The notes: a model not told the origin generated them from the letters alone. A stretch of DNA of 64,000 bases from Fidelibacterota bacterium (GCA_016784605.1 JADHUI010000006.1:2476-66475), one strand, 5' to 3'. Shown: positions 46,000 through 57,008, counted from the stretch's first letter. Numbers and translations: made by a program.

Positions 46000-46715
46000 A
46001 ACATATTGCCCTGATTACACCAGTTCCGGGCACCATAGAAACGCTTATTGAAAATAGTATTTTGCGTAAGGCAAGATCGGAGGGAATAGTTCAATTTCAC
46101 ATTATTGATCTACGCGACTTTGGAAAAGGTAATTATCGTCAAATTGATGATAAACCATTTGGCGGTGGCGAAGGAATGGTCTTAATGGCAGAACCTTTGC
46201 AGCAAGCTTTAGAAGTTGCATTAGTAAAAGTGGGTGGTCTCGATGGTACAAGAATAATTTATCCATCCCCAAGTGGAAATGAATGGTCGCAAAAATTGGC
46301 TGATGAATGTAGCCAGGATAATAGTTTTATCTTTATTTGTGGTCATTACAAAGGAATTGATGAACGTATTATTGATAAATATGTGACACATGAGTATTCT
46401 ATTGGAGATTTTGTTCTAACGAGTGGTGAAATGCCAGCTATGTTGATGGCTGACAGTATTGTTCGATTAATTCCGGGCGTGCTGAATTCAATCGAATCGG
46501 CTCTATCGGATACATTTCCGAGTGGATTGTTGGATCATCCTCATTATACGCAACCACGTGTTGTAGATGGGATGGAAGTACCCGATGTGTTATTAAGCGG
46601 TCATCATGCCAAAATACAAGAATGGAAAAAAGAAAAAAGAGAAGAAAGGACGAAGGAATTTCGTCCAGATCTTTGGAAAAAATATTTAAACGAAAAAAAT
46701 GAAAATGGAGATTAG
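45996..46715 (+). CDS. trmD: tRNA (guanine-N1)-methyltransferase
   Basis: [45 protein letters not shown]. Confidence 0.97.
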   Translation: MKHIALITPVPGTIETLIENSILRKARSEGIVQFHIIDLRDFGKGNYRQIDDKPFGGGEGMVLMAEPLQQALEVALVKVGGLDGTRIIYPSPSGNEWSQKLADECSQDNSFIFICGHYKGIDERIIDKYVTHEYSIGDFVLTSGEMPAMLMADSIVRLIPGVLNSIESALSDTFPSGLLDHPHYTQPRVVDGMEVPDVLLSGHHAKIQEWKKEKREERTKEFRPDLWKKYLNEKNENGD

Positions 46716-46717
46716 GA

Positions 46718-47062
46718 ATGGACAAATTATTTGAAGCGGCAAAAGATCAGTTAAAAAGTGATGTGCCTGATTTTAATTCTGGGGATACAGTTGTCGTAGA
46801 CGTTCGTGTCCGAGAAGGTAACAAAGAAAGAATTCAGCAATTTCAAGGTGTTGTGATTGGACGTCATGGTAAAAAAACCATTGATGCTACATTCACGGTA
46901 CGAAAAATATCCAATGGTGTTGGTGTGGAGAGAATTTTCCCACTTCATTCACCAATGGTTGCAGACATTCATGTCAAACGTCGTGGAAAAGTACGTCGTG
47001 CTAAATTAAATTACCTTAGAAATCTAACAGGTAAAGCAACGCGTATTGCTGAAAAACGATAA
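46718..47062 (+). CDS. rplS: 50S ribosomal protein L19
   Basis: GDTV.V...[28 protein letters not shown]. Confidence 0.98.
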   Translation: MDKLFEAAKDQLKSDVPDFNSGDTVVVDVRVREGNKERIQQFQGVVIGRHGKKTIDATFTVRKISNGVGVERIFPLHSPMVADIHVKRRGKVRRAKLNYLRNLTGKATRIAEKR

Positions 47063-47084
47063 TTATTTTCAGTTTTCAATTAAT

Positions 47085-47119
47085 AGCCCCTCTATGTTAA
47101 CATAGCAGGGGCTTTTTTA
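47085..47119 (+). terminator. Intrinsic terminator after rplS
   Basis: Hairpin AGCCCCT-CTATG-ttaa-CATAG-c-AGGGGCT followed by a T-tract. Confidence 0.8.
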
Positions 47120-47122
47120 TTT

Positions 47123-48286
47123 ATGAATAAGAACGAAAAGATCATTCTGGGTATAACGGGATTTTCCCACCTATCCGTCCATATTTTAATGTTGATATTT
47201 CCAGCATTATTTATTGTTGTACAGAAGGAATTTAATCTTGGAATGGGCCAACTTGGTTTAATGGCATCCATAAGTGCATTTATGTTTGGTGCTGGCGCTA
47301 TACCAGCCGGATATTTTGAATCTAAAATTGGTGGACGTTCTTTATTACTCGTATATCTTTTAGGAACGGGTCTCTTTTCGATTGGAATGATTTGGGTTCA
47401 TTCCATTTTTATGCTTTCGATATTTCTTGGGTTTATGGGCCTATTATCAAGCATTTATCATCCGGCTGGACTCACTTTAATTTCACATCGTGTAAAGCAT
47501 TTAAGTAAAGGAATGGCATATCATGGTATAGCCGGTTCTATTGGGCTAGCAATCGGTCCTTTATTTGCGTCCATATTATCAGAATCCTTTTATTGGCAAA
47601 TGCCCTATATCGTTATGGGCGTTTTAAATTTATTCCTTTCAATTGTTGTTTTAGTGATGATACCCATATCAAAATCCAATTCAAGTGAAAGAGAAATTGA
47701 CAAACATCCAGGTACGAACAAACAGGGTCTTTTTTATTATTATGGATTCTCCATGACAATGGGCTTTGTCTTTGGCGGGTTTTCTACTTTTATGCCTGCT
47801 CATTTTGGTCAACACACACAAGAAGTGTTTCCATTTTTATCTCCAGTTATTAAGGGCGGTCTATTTACATCTTTAGTTTTTAGCGCAGGAGCCATTGGGC
47901 AAATAATGGGTGGTTATACGGGTTTACGCTATCCCAAACCCCTTATCTTAATGTGGGTAGCAATACTCAATATTCCTGTATTATTTTTAATGGGATTAAC
48001 CACAGGTATCCCTTTAGTATTTGTAAGCCTATTTTTAGGAGTTTTTTATTTTACAAGCCAACCAGTTGGTAATGCTCTTGTTGCGGATTTGACGCATCAT
48101 GGTCATCGTGGAATAGGATATGGCATTAGTTTTTTTCTAAGTTTTGGCATTGGTGGCGTATCTGCAGCCGCAGGAGGCTGGTTAGCAGAAATGATGAATA
48201 TTTCCACTGTATTTATATTTATGGGATTTGCACTTTTCCCAGCAGTGTTTTTTGCCAAAAAATTATCTAAAAAAGTCAATCCTTGA
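47123..48286 (+). CDS. MFS transporter
   Basis: About 12 hydrophobic segments, G.FESKIGGR loop, SIYHPAG. Confidence 0.85.
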   Translation: MNKNEKIILGITGFSHLSVHILMLIFPALFIVVQKEFNLGMGQLGLMASISAFMFGAGAIPAGYFESKIGGRSLLLVYLLGTGLFSIGMIWVHSIFMLSIFLGFMGLLSSIYHPAGLTLISHRVKHLSKGMAYHGIAGSIGLAIGPLFASILSESFYWQMPYIVMGVLNLFLSIVVLVMIPISKSNSSEREIDKHPGTNKQGLFYYYGFSMTMGFVFGGFSTFMPAHFGQHTQEVFPFLSPVIKGGLFTSLVFSAGAIGQIMGGYTGLRYPKPLILMWVAILNIPVLFLMGLTTGIPLVFVSLFLGVFYFTSQPVGNALVADLTHHGHRGIGYGISFFLSFGIGGVSAAAGGWLAEMMNISTVFIFMGFALFPAVFFAKKLSKKVNP

Positions 48287-48321
48287 ATTGATGAAAAATC
48301 GGTCTGAATTTCCCATTGTAT

Positions 48322-49689
48322 ATGAGTAAGAAAGAATTACAAAAGATTCCGCAAGTAAATGAAGTAATACTTGAAGTAAGTAAGAGTATAACACTGCATA
48401 ATAGCTATGTAACGAGAATAGTACAAAGAGAAATTAAAAAAATACGAGCTCAAATATTAAAAAATAAACTTTCATCGACTCGGGAAAAATATTTTAAACA
48501 TATAGTAAAACACGTACTGCAAGATATAGATCATTCCTTAAAAAATGTTATTAATGGAACAGGTGTGGTTTTGCACACGGGCTTGGGACGAGCACCCTTT
48601 CAAGGGAAATTATTAAAGAAAATAGCTCAAAACCTCGATGGATATGTCAATTTAGAATTAAATCTAAAAACGGGAAAACGTGGTGAAAGACAATCACATG
48701 TTGATCCAATGATTTCAGCCATAACGGGGACAGAATCATCCTTAGTCGTAAATAATAATGCCGCAGCAGTATTATTAACATTAAATACGATGGCGGAGGG
48801 GAAAGAAGTTATAATCTCTCGAGGGCAAATGGTTGAAATTGGTGGCTCATTCCGTATTCCCGATATTATTGAAAAGAGCGGATGTATATTAAAAGAAGTG
48901 GGTTCTACAAATAGAACACATGTGAAAGATTATGAAAAAGCGATAAATAGAAATACCGGATTAATTTTATGGGTTCATACCAGCAATTATATTGTGGATG
49001 GCTTTACGAAAGAAGTTTCACTGAAAGAACTTGCTTCACTCGGAAAAAAATCGAAGATTCCCGTATTAGCTGACCTTGGTAGCGGAGCGCTTATCGAGAT
49101 GGATTCCATGGGTTTACCAGCAGAATTGCCCGTTACAAATATCGTAGATTCCGGTCCAACCATTACAACATTTTCAGGCGATAAATTGTTAGGTGGTCCT
49201 CAGTCTGGTATAATCGTTGGTAAAAAGAAATGGATAAATCGATTTCATTCAAACCCACTATATCGAGCCGTTCGATCCGATAAAATAACTTTATCTTTGT
49301 TGGATGAAACTTTAAGACAATATCAAAAAACATCCGTCAATAAAAACAACATAGCTTTAACGCTTTTATCGACCAAGAAATCCACATTAAAAAAACGAGG
49401 TGAGAAAATTCTTTCCTTGATTACAAAAAAGAAAATAAAATCATTAGGGTTGACATTAAATGATTCTTTTGTTGAAGCTGGGAGTGGCTCATTACCTGTT
49501 CAAAATCTTGAAAGTATGGCACTTAAATTTGAATGTAAAACAATTAAACCGAATGATTTATCAAAGTTATTTAGAATGGCAAATCACCCAGTATTGGGCT
49601 ATATCAATCGGGGTAATTACTATATTGATTTAAAAGCAGTTATGCCGTCACAAATTGATGAATTAGCTCATATAATTTCAGCGATTTAA
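48322..49689 (+). CDS. selA: L-seryl-tRNA(Sec) selenium transferase
   Basis: INGTGVVLHTGLGRA, VNNNAAA, SRGQMVEIGGSFR, HTSNY, DLGSG, SGDKLLGGPQ; start ATG 48322 or TTG 48316. Confidence 0.95.
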   Translation: MSKKELQKIPQVNEVILEVSKSITLHNSYVTRIVQREIKKIRAQILKNKLSSTREKYFKHIVKHVLQDIDHSLKNVINGTGVVLHTGLGRAPFQGKLLKKIAQNLDGYVNLELNLKTGKRGERQSHVDPMISAITGTESSLVVNNNAAAVLLTLNTMAEGKEVIISRGQMVEIGGSFRIPDIIEKSGCILKEVGSTNRTHVKDYEKAINRNTGLILWVHTSNYIVDGFTKEVSLKELASLGKKSKIPVLADLGSGALIEMDSMGLPAELPVTNIVDSGPTITTFSGDKLLGGPQSGIIVGKKKWINRFHSNPLYRAVRSDKITLSLLDETLRQYQKTSVNKNNIALTLLSTKKSTLKKRGEKILSLITKKKIKSLGLTLNDSFVEAGSGSLPVQNLESMALKFECKTIKPNDLSKLFRMANHPVLGYINRGNYYIDLKAVMPSQIDELAHIISAI

Positions 49690-51563
49690 TGATGCAACAA
49701 ATTGTGGTTGGAACAGCCGGTCATATAGACCATGGAAAAACATCTCTTGTGAAAGCATTAACCGGAACCGATACGGATTCTTTACCTCAGGAAAAAGCAA
49801 GAGGAATGACGATTGATCTTGGCTTTGCATATTTAAATGAAGATGTGACAATTATTGATGTTCCCGGCCATGAAAAGTTTATTCGAAACATGGCTGCTGG
49901 AGCTGCTTCTGTTCATGTGGGATTAATGGTTATCGCTGCTGATGATGGTATTATGCCCCAAACACGAGAACATTTGGAAATTCTCAATATTATGGGTATT
50001 CAAAAAGGAATCATCGCCATTACAAAAATTGATTTAGTGGATGATCCTGAATGGATAGAATTAGTGGAATTAGATATTTTAGCTTTAACAGAAGGATCTA
50101 TCCTAGATGGAGCACCGATATGTCGAGTGTCCACCGAGACGGGAGAAGGAATAGATTCATTAAAGGAATTATTACATACCGTCGTAAAAGATGTTAAGCC
50201 AGAAACCAAATCTAGATTATTTAAGATGAATGTTGATCGTGTATTTTCAAAACAAGGATTTGGCGTTATTGTTACTGGAACGGTGGGATCAGGTGTCATA
50301 AATAAAAATGACAGTATTGAATGTTTACCGGGAAATATTGCTTGTCATGTGCGCGGAATTCAGAGTCATGGCGGTGATGTGGAGCAAGCTCTGATTGGAG
50401 ATAGAGCCGCATTGAATTTAACTCATATTGAAAAAAGCGATATTCGTCGTGGAAGTATTTTAGTGTCGAAAGGGGCCTTAAAAACCACAGATAAAATTAT
50501 TGCTCAAATTCATATGTTAAAAAAGACAAATTGGGTCATTAAAAATAAGCAACGACTTCGTCTTAATGTTGGTACGAATGAAATATTAGCTCGCACCAAT
50601 CTAATTGGGGACCCCGTAAAAAATGGAGAAATAAAAAATATTTTATTAACATTAGAAAAACCAATTGCTGTGGCTTCTGACGAACCATTTGTTATTCGGT
50701 CATATTCTCCAATGGAAACAATTGCCGGAGGAATTGTTCTAGACAGTAACCCAGGACAATGGCGAGTCGAAAAAAATAAGATTCACCTTTTACCGCGAAT
50801 GCCAAAAGATCGATTCCATTATTGGGTGAATTCAAATTGGCAATCACCTAAAACTCTCCTAGAATGGTCAAAGGCATTTTTTGTTTCTCAATCGTATATT
50901 TTAAAGTGGATAAATGATTATGATTTAATGCAAGATGAAAAAACGGGTATTGTTTATAGTTCAATCATGGAAGAATCCGCCCAAAAAGCAATTTTAGATT
51001 CGATTCGTATTTCATATGAAAAAAATCCATTAAGGAATGTAATCCCGGGAGACTCAATATTAGAGGATTGTAATATATCAAGCATCTGGGGGCAAGAATT
51101 ATTGCAGAGTATGGTTAATAATACCCTTTTAGAAAAGTTGGGAAAAGGATTTTCTTTGGTCGGATATAAGTATTCAATCAGTAAATCGGATCAAGTGGAT
51201 ATGGATAAAATTATTTCCTTATTTATATCCGATCGTTTTGACCCAATATCCATAAAAGAAATTCAAGAAATCACAAAGCTTTCCCCAAAGCGATTGAGTG
51301 ATATGCTTCATTTGTTAAAAGAAAATGGCAAATTAATCCCCATCGGCGGTAACCTTTGGCTTGGTATTAAAACAAAACAAAAATTATTAGAATTGATTTC
51401 AACTTATTATAATACCAATCAATTATTATCGGTGAGTGATTTTAAATCTATGACAAATCAATCTAGAAAAGGGGCGATTCCATTACTTGAATATTGTGAC
51501 ATGATTGGTTGGACACAACGTGACGGTAATGTAAGAATAAAAGGGGCGGAACTCAATGAGTAG
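49689..51563 (+). CDS. selB: Selenocysteine-specific elongation factor
   Basis: GTAGHIDHGKT, RGMTIDLG, DVPGHEKF, winged-helix tail SRK.AIPLLEY.D. Confidence 0.96.
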   Translation: MMQQIVVGTAGHIDHGKTSLVKALTGTDTDSLPQEKARGMTIDLGFAYLNEDVTIIDVPGHEKFIRNMAAGAASVHVGLMVIAADDGIMPQTREHLEILNIMGIQKGIIAITKIDLVDDPEWIELVELDILALTEGSILDGAPICRVSTETGEGIDSLKELLHTVVKDVKPETKSRLFKMNVDRVFSKQGFGVIVTGTVGSGVINKNDSIECLPGNIACHVRGIQSHGGDVEQALIGDRAALNLTHIEKSDIRRGSILVSKGALKTTDKIIAQIHMLKKTNWVIKNKQRLRLNVGTNEILARTNLIGDPVKNGEIKNILLTLEKPIAVASDEPFVIRSYSPMETIAGGIVLDSNPGQWRVEKNKIHLLPRMPKDRFHYWVNSNWQSPKTLLEWSKAFFVSQSYILKWINDYDLMQDEKTGIVYSSIMEESAQKAILDSIRISYEKNPLRNVIPGDSILEDCNISSIWGQELLQSMVNNTLLEKLGKGFSLVGYKYSISKSDQVDMDKIISLFISDRFDPISIKEIQEITKLSPKRLSDMLHLLKENGKLIPIGGNLWLGIKTKQKLLELISTYYNTNQLLSVSDFKSMTNQSRKGAIPLLEYCDMIGWTQRDGNVRIKGAELNE

Positions 51564-54159
51564 TACTTTAAAGGCAGCCACACCCTTAATGAAACAATTT
51601 CTGGAAATAAAAAATAAATATCCGGATACATTACTTCTATTTCGGATGGGCGACTTTTATGAAACTTTTGATGAAGATGCAAAATTAACCGCCAAAATAT
51701 TGGGAATCGTTTTAACAAAAAGATCTAATGGGACTGCTTCAGATGTGCCTTTAGCAGGATTTCCATATCATGCCATAGATAATTATTTACCCAAGTTGGT
51801 AAAAGCAGGCCATCGAATTGCCATTTGTGAACAAATCGAAGATCCGAAATTGGCCAAAGGAATTGTTAAACGAGATGTTGTTGAAATTGTTACACCAGGA
51901 ACATTGATTTCCGACCAAGCATTGAATCAAAAATCCAATAAATATATTGCATCTCTCTATTTTAACTCCAAGAACAATCGTGTCGGTTATGCTATATTGG
52001 ACCAATCAACAGGTGAATTTTTTCTAGGTGAATCAATGATGGATAATTTGCTTGATCCATTACGAAAGTTTGGACCAAGTGAAGTATTATTAAGCAAGGA
52101 TGTTGTTTACTCTTTTTCTGATTGGTACAAAGAATTGCGTCCATTTATTACACAATTAGATCCATATGATTTTTATTATGATCAAGGATTAAGATTATTA
52201 ACAGATCATTTTAACGTTAAATCTCTTAAAGGGTTTGGATGTGAAAAAATGGTTGATGGCATTTCAGCTGCGGGCGGATTATTTTTCCATGTAACTCAAA
52301 ATTTAAGTTCAACACTCAACCATGTGTCGAAGATTCAGAAAGTTCAGAATGATGAATTAATGGGCTTAGACGGATTTACCATAAAAAATTTAGAGGTATT
52401 TCATTCTTTGGCTACCCAAGGAACACATGGTACTCTGATAGATACAATTGATGGCACGTTTACTCCAGGTGGAGGCCGCCTTCTTAAACGTTGGTTATTT
52501 CAACCTATTACAGATAGGAAAGTATTGAATAAGCGGTTAGATGTGATTGAATCTTTTTTGGGTGAAAAACGATTATTGAAACAACTTCAACTACGATTGA
52601 AGAATACAACAGATATTGAGCGTATTTTAGGAAAATTAAATAAAGAAAAATGTTCACCTCGGGAAATGGTTGGTCTATCTCAAACATTGTCTATAATGAC
52701 TGAATTAAAAGGGATGCTTAAGGAAACAAATCACGCGTCCTTAAAATCTTTTTCATCTTCCTTTGTGAACGCTAAATTAATCATTACAAAAGTCGATTCA
52801 ACCATTAATGAAAATGCGCCTATTAATTTAAAAGATGGGGGTGTCATTCAGGATGGCATTCATTCTGAGTTAGATGAATTGCGAGGATTATTAAAAGGGG
52901 GTAAAGATTGGATAAAATCGTTTGAAGTCGAAGAAAAAGAGCGATTGAAAATTTCTTCTCTTAAAGTGAGTTTTAATAAAGTTTTCGGTTATTACATTGA
53001 AGTCACAAAAGTGCACGCTGAAAAAGTTCCTGATTCCTATATTCGGAAACAAACATTAGTTAATAGTGAACGGTATATCACGGAAGAATTAAAACTGTAT
53101 GAAGATAAAGTATTAAATGCTGAAGAAAAAATATTCGATATTGAATCAAAGTTATTTGCTGAATTAAGTACATTTGTTTTAGAAAATTCATCCATTATTC
53201 AAACAAATGCCTATGGCTTGAATCGATTAGATTTATTGGCCAATTTTGCCAACCTTGCTTTGACCAAAAAATATTGCCGCCCTATACTCACGGATGGTCC
53301 AGAGTTAGATATTAAAGGTGGAAGGCATCCTGTGGTAGAAGAATTGCTTCCATCAACAGAAAAATTTATCCCCAATGATTTAAGCTTAAACGGTCAATCA
53401 AGTCAAATCCATTTAATCACGGGGCCAAATATGGCAGGAAAATCTACTTTCTTGCGGCAAACAGGTCTCATTGTGCTCTTAGCGCAGATTGGGTCATTTG
53501 TACCCGCAAAACAGGCGAAAATAGGGATTGTAGATCAATTGTTTACTCGAGTTGGCGCCAGTGATAACCTTGCGGGCGGTGAAAGTACTTTTTTAGTCGA
53601 AATGAATGAAGCAGCCAATATCTTAAATAATGCAACGTCAAAAAGTTTAGTATTATTAGATGAAATTGGGCGAGGAACGGCAACCTTTGATGGTTTATCT
53701 CTTGCGTGGGCCATTACAGAATATCTTCATAATGAACCTTCGATTACGGCTAGAACATTATTTGCAACACATTATCATGAATTATCTGATTTAGAAAATA
53801 CATTAGATCGATTAGAAAATTATCACGTAGAAGTTCAAGAGTTTGGCGATAAAATTGTTTTTTTAAGAAAAATATCTAAAGGATCTGGTGATAAAAGTTA
53901 TGGAATTCATGTAGCGAAAATGGCTGGTTTACCGCTAAAAGTCATTAATAGGGCCAAAGAAATTTTGCATTATCATGTATCAAATCAATCAGCGGAAAGT
54001 GGAAACAAATTAATCACTCCAGCGTCTAACCAAGTATCTTTATTCGATCAACAAGAATCAAAATTAAAAGAAGCATTATCTTTATTGGATATCAATAAAA
54101 TGACACCACTGCAAGCATTAGAAAAATTAGATGAAATTAAAAAGGACCATGGTCTATAG
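51556..54159 (+). CDS. mutS: DNA mismatch repair protein MutS
   Basis: TPLMKQF, FRMGDFYETF, GPNMAGKST, STFLVEM, DEIGRGT, SYGIHVA. Confidence 0.98.
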   Translation: MSSTLKAATPLMKQFLEIKNKYPDTLLLFRMGDFYETFDEDAKLTAKILGIVLTKRSNGTASDVPLAGFPYHAIDNYLPKLVKAGHRIAICEQIEDPKLAKGIVKRDVVEIVTPGTLISDQALNQKSNKYIASLYFNSKNNRVGYAILDQSTGEFFLGESMMDNLLDPLRKFGPSEVLLSKDVVYSFSDWYKELRPFITQLDPYDFYYDQGLRLLTDHFNVKSLKGFGCEKMVDGISAAGGLFFHVTQNLSSTLNHVSKIQKVQNDELMGLDGFTIKNLEVFHSLATQGTHGTLIDTIDGTFTPGGGRLLKRWLFQPITDRKVLNKRLDVIESFLGEKRLLKQLQLRLKNTTDIERILGKLNKEKCSPREMVGLSQTLSIMTELKGMLKETNHASLKSFSSSFVNAKLIITKVDSTINENAPINLKDGGVIQDGIHSELDELRGLLKGGKDWIKSFEVEEKERLKISSLKVSFNKVFGYYIEVTKVHAEKVPDSYIRKQTLVNSERYITEELKLYEDKVLNAEEKIFDIESKLFAELSTFVLENSSIIQTNAYGLNRLDLLANFANLALTKKYCRPILTDGPELDIKGGRHPVVEELLPSTEKFIPNDLSLNGQSSQIHLITGPNMAGKSTFLRQTGLIVLLAQIGSFVPAKQAKIGIVDQLFTRVGASDNLAGGESTFLVEMNEAANILNNATSKSLVLLDEIGRGTATFDGLSLAWAITEYLHNEPSITARTLFATHYHELSDLENTLDRLENYHVEVQEFGDKIVFLRKISKGSGDKSYGIHVAKMAGLPLKVINRAKEILHYHVSNQSAESGNKLITPASNQVSLFDQQESKLKEALSLLDINKMTPLQALEKLDEIKKDHGL

Positions 54160-55204
54160 ACGTTTTCTATTTTCAATCATCTTTATTCTGAATAGTCTTT
54201 TTGGAGATAACTATTGGGTAAAATATGGTTGGGAATTATTTAATACGGGCGGTGCTGCACCTTCGATTGCATTGGGAAATGCATTAACAGCTTATCATGG
54301 TGGCTATGTTGGATCCTATTTAGTAAATCCAGCTCATCCAATTGTTCAAAACCAAACTTGGACATTTTCACACCAAAGTCGATTTGCCGGTATGATTAAT
54401 CGCGAAATGATTGGATTCCCGATGAAGGTTAATCAACGTACAATTCATTCGATATTTATTTATGAAGGGATTGGCCAAATTCCCGATACGAGAAATATGC
54501 TGTTGGACTGGGGGCTAGACGGTCAATTTGGAACAAATGATTTAGGAGAAGGAAATGGCATTCTTGATGAAGGTGAGAGGCTAGATCCTAATAAACTCGA
54601 TTATTTTGGACAACATCAATTTGGCGCATATTTTTCTACGCCCATTTCTATTTTAAATCAAAAAGGAGGTATTGGCTTAAAAGTTTTATACCATTCTATC
54701 GGAGAAAATACAGGCGTAGGTGTTGGTTTTAATATCGGCATTGTTAAACCGCTTGGAAAAGGACATGTAGGTGTAACGATAAAAGATGTCCCATCATCGG
54801 GGGTCTTATGGGACAATGGAACCATTGAAAATTCTATACCATCGGCTTCAATCGGTTATTCTCTCCCAATCGCTCTTGAGAAATTCCCTATTCATGTTTT
54901 TTATAATATAGGATCACATATAGAGCCCAATAACCGGAATTTATATAGCACAATTGGAACGGGAAATTTGGGTATTTCTTTTGATGGAAGTATGGAATGG
55001 ATATACCAGGAAAAAATATCTTTTCAGTTGGGACGATCTAAGGATGGGTTTATTTCAAGCGGGTTGGGTTTAACGTTTGATGAAATATCCATAAATTATG
55101 CATTTCTTTTAACGGAACCGGCCACACAACTTGGAAATAATCATTATATTTCAATTACGTTTCAACCGAGTTGGATTATTCAAAAGATCATTCCTCAAGA
55201 ATAA
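54149..55204 (+). CDS. PorV/PorQ-like outer-membrane barrel
   Basis: Start ATG 54149 after AAGGA; signal peptide; GGAAPSIALGNA..VNPA, G.GLK, G.GFNIG, GLGL..I.YAF..LGN.H.ISI pattern of PorV-family proteins. Confidence 0.6.
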   Translation: MVYRRFLFSIIFILNSLFGDNYWVKYGWELFNTGGAAPSIALGNALTAYHGGYVGSYLVNPAHPIVQNQTWTFSHQSRFAGMINREMIGFPMKVNQRTIHSIFIYEGIGQIPDTRNMLLDWGLDGQFGTNDLGEGNGILDEGERLDPNKLDYFGQHQFGAYFSTPISILNQKGGIGLKVLYHSIGENTGVGVGFNIGIVKPLGKGHVGVTIKDVPSSGVLWDNGTIENSIPSASIGYSLPIALEKFPIHVFYNIGSHIEPNNRNLYSTIGTGNLGISFDGSMEWIYQEKISFQLGRSKDGFISSGLGLTFDEISINYAFLLTEPATQLGNNHYISITFQPSWIIQKIIPQE

Positions 55205-55248
55205 TTTGCATTAATGAATAAAAAATAAGGATTTATATGCCTTCATCA

Positions 55249-55280
55249 TTGCGAATATTCTCTAAAAATGTGTAGTTTTG
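55249..55280 (+). promoter_or_regulatory. Putative promoter of the yicC-gmk operon
   Basis: TTGCGA-18 nt-TAGTTT; TAGTTTTG also fits the Bacteroidota-type TAnnTTTG box. Confidence 0.4.
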
Positions 55281-55305
55281 CCGGCATTTTTAGAGACAAA
55301 ATTAT

Positions 55306-56166
55306 ATGATTAAAAGTATGACAGGATTCGGCAGGGGATCGGCCGGAAAAAACAATCAAAAAGTAAACGCAGAAATACGTGCGGTTAATTCACGGTTTCT
55401 GGAATTAAAAATTAGGGGAATGCCCCTAAGCCCGCGGCTAGAAGGATTAGTACGGGAGAAAATATCGGATACTCTACAACGAGGGAATATTCATCTGAAA
55501 CTTGATTTCCCCGCAACTCAAGACCCGAGTGCGATGGAATTTAATCGTGAACGATTCGAAAAATTGAAATCGGTTATTCAAGAAATACATGTTGAGTATG
55601 GACAAAGATTAGATATAAGTGATATCATTTCTGCGAATGATCTTATAGCCGTTCCGGAACCTTCTGATTTAAATACAAAGGTATTGTTGGATGCGGTCTC
55701 CAATGCATTAAATCAAGTGAATCAAATGCGTGAAAAAGAAGGGGAAAAACTTAAAAACGATTTGCAGGATCGAATAAATCGGATTGACGAAAAAATAGCC
55801 ATTATTGAAGGTGAAGTGAAGAAATTCAGTGATGAAAAGACACAATCATTAAGGAAAAAGGTTTCTGATTTATTGTCTGACGGAAACTTAGATGAAAATC
55901 GTCTAATTCAAGAAGTTGCTTATATTGTCGAGAGAGCGGACATTACTGAAGAATTGGTTAGGTGTAGTAGTCATTTCGAACAATTTGATTCTTTTCTTAA
56001 GGCGGATGAACCCGTTGGAAAACGATTGAACTTTCTATTACAAGAAATTGGTAGAGAAACAAATACGATTGGGTCTAAAAGCCCAATGTCTCAAGTGACA
56101 CTTTTAATCGTTGACATTAAAGGTGAGCTGGAAAAAATAAGAGAACAGGTTCAGAACGTATTGTGA
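55306..56166 (+). CDS. yicC: YicC/YloC family endoribonuclease
   Basis: MIKSMTGFG, VNSRFLE, DITEE..R..SH, GKRLNFLLQE..RETNTIGSK, EKIREQVQN. Confidence 0.95.
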   Translation: MIKSMTGFGRGSAGKNNQKVNAEIRAVNSRFLELKIRGMPLSPRLEGLVREKISDTLQRGNIHLKLDFPATQDPSAMEFNRERFEKLKSVIQEIHVEYGQRLDISDIISANDLIAVPEPSDLNTKVLLDAVSNALNQVNQMREKEGEKLKNDLQDRINRIDEKIAIIEGEVKKFSDEKTQSLRKKVSDLLSDGNLDENRLIQEVAYIVERADITEELVRCSSHFEQFDSFLKADEPVGKRLNFLLQEIGRETNTIGSKSPMSQVTLLIVDIKGELEKIREQVQNVL

Positions 56167-56738
56167 TTAATATCATTTGTATATCAGCACCATCTGGTTC
56201 AGGCAAAACGACCTTATGTCGGGCGCTACAAAAAGAACATCCCGAAGTAAAATGGTCCGTTTCACGCACCACGCGTCCCCCAAGACCATTTGAAGTGAAT
56301 GGAGTTGATTATGTGTTTATTTCACATGATGAATTCGAAGGAAAAATAGATGCGGGTGAATTTGCTGAATATGAAGATGTTCATGGTGAATATTATGGCA
56401 CATTGAAAACAACGCTTGATAATACCATTGGAGCTGAATCTTTTTTGCTGTTAGAATTGGATGTAAAAGGGTCAATGAGTATTAAAAAATTATATCCAAA
56501 TAACACTTTTCTTATTTTTATTTTACCACCTAGCATGGATCATTTAAGAGATCGCCTTCGTAAACGCGGTGCAGATTCAGAAGAAAGAATTGAAAAGAGA
56601 TTACAACGATTTGAAGAAGAATTAGGTTACAAAGACAAATTTGATTACATTCTTATAAATGAGGATGTACAAGATGCAACTCAAGAATTACTTGAAGTAG
56701 TAAATCAACTAAACACAGGAGTCCTACATGGCACTTAG
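56163..56738 (+). CDS. gmk: Guanylate kinase
   Basis: SAPSGSGKTT, SVSRTTRPPR..E.NGVDY.F, YYGT, PPS. Confidence 0.97.
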   Translation: MINIICISAPSGSGKTTLCRALQKEHPEVKWSVSRTTRPPRPFEVNGVDYVFISHDEFEGKIDAGEFAEYEDVHGEYYGTLKTTLDNTIGAESFLLLELDVKGSMSIKKLYPNNTFLIFILPPSMDHLRDRLRKRGADSEERIEKRLQRFEEELGYKDKFDYILINEDVQDATQELLEVVNQLNTGVLHGT

Positions 56739-57003
56739 AACCATCCCTTTTAGGGACATTGAAAATAAAACAGAAAATATGTACGAAGCAGTCGCTGCAA
56801 TGTCAAGCCAAGCTAAACGTATATTGTACGAACGCGTAGTCGATGCAACATTAAAAGATACTGATAATGATGAATTTGGTGTATTTGATGAAGTAGAAGA
56901 ACCATCACCTGAAGAATATGTAGAATTGGAAAAACCAACTACCCTCGCAGTAGGTCAATTTTTAGAAGGTGACTATACGTGGAATAAACCAATAACTGAA
57001 TAA
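56728..57003 (+). CDS. rpoZ: RNA polymerase omega subunit (FCB type)
   Basis: N.YEAV..MS.QA..I, EKPT..A; directly after gmk. Confidence 0.75.
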   Translation: MALRTIPFRDIENKTENMYEAVAAMSSQAKRILYERVVDATLKDTDNDEFGVFDEVEEPSPEEYVELEKPTTLAVGQFLEGDYTWNKPITE

Positions 57004-57008
57004 AACAA

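Noticed and set aside
47063-51563. tRNA-Sec near selAB
   Set aside because: Intergenic gaps are too short and show no cloverleaf
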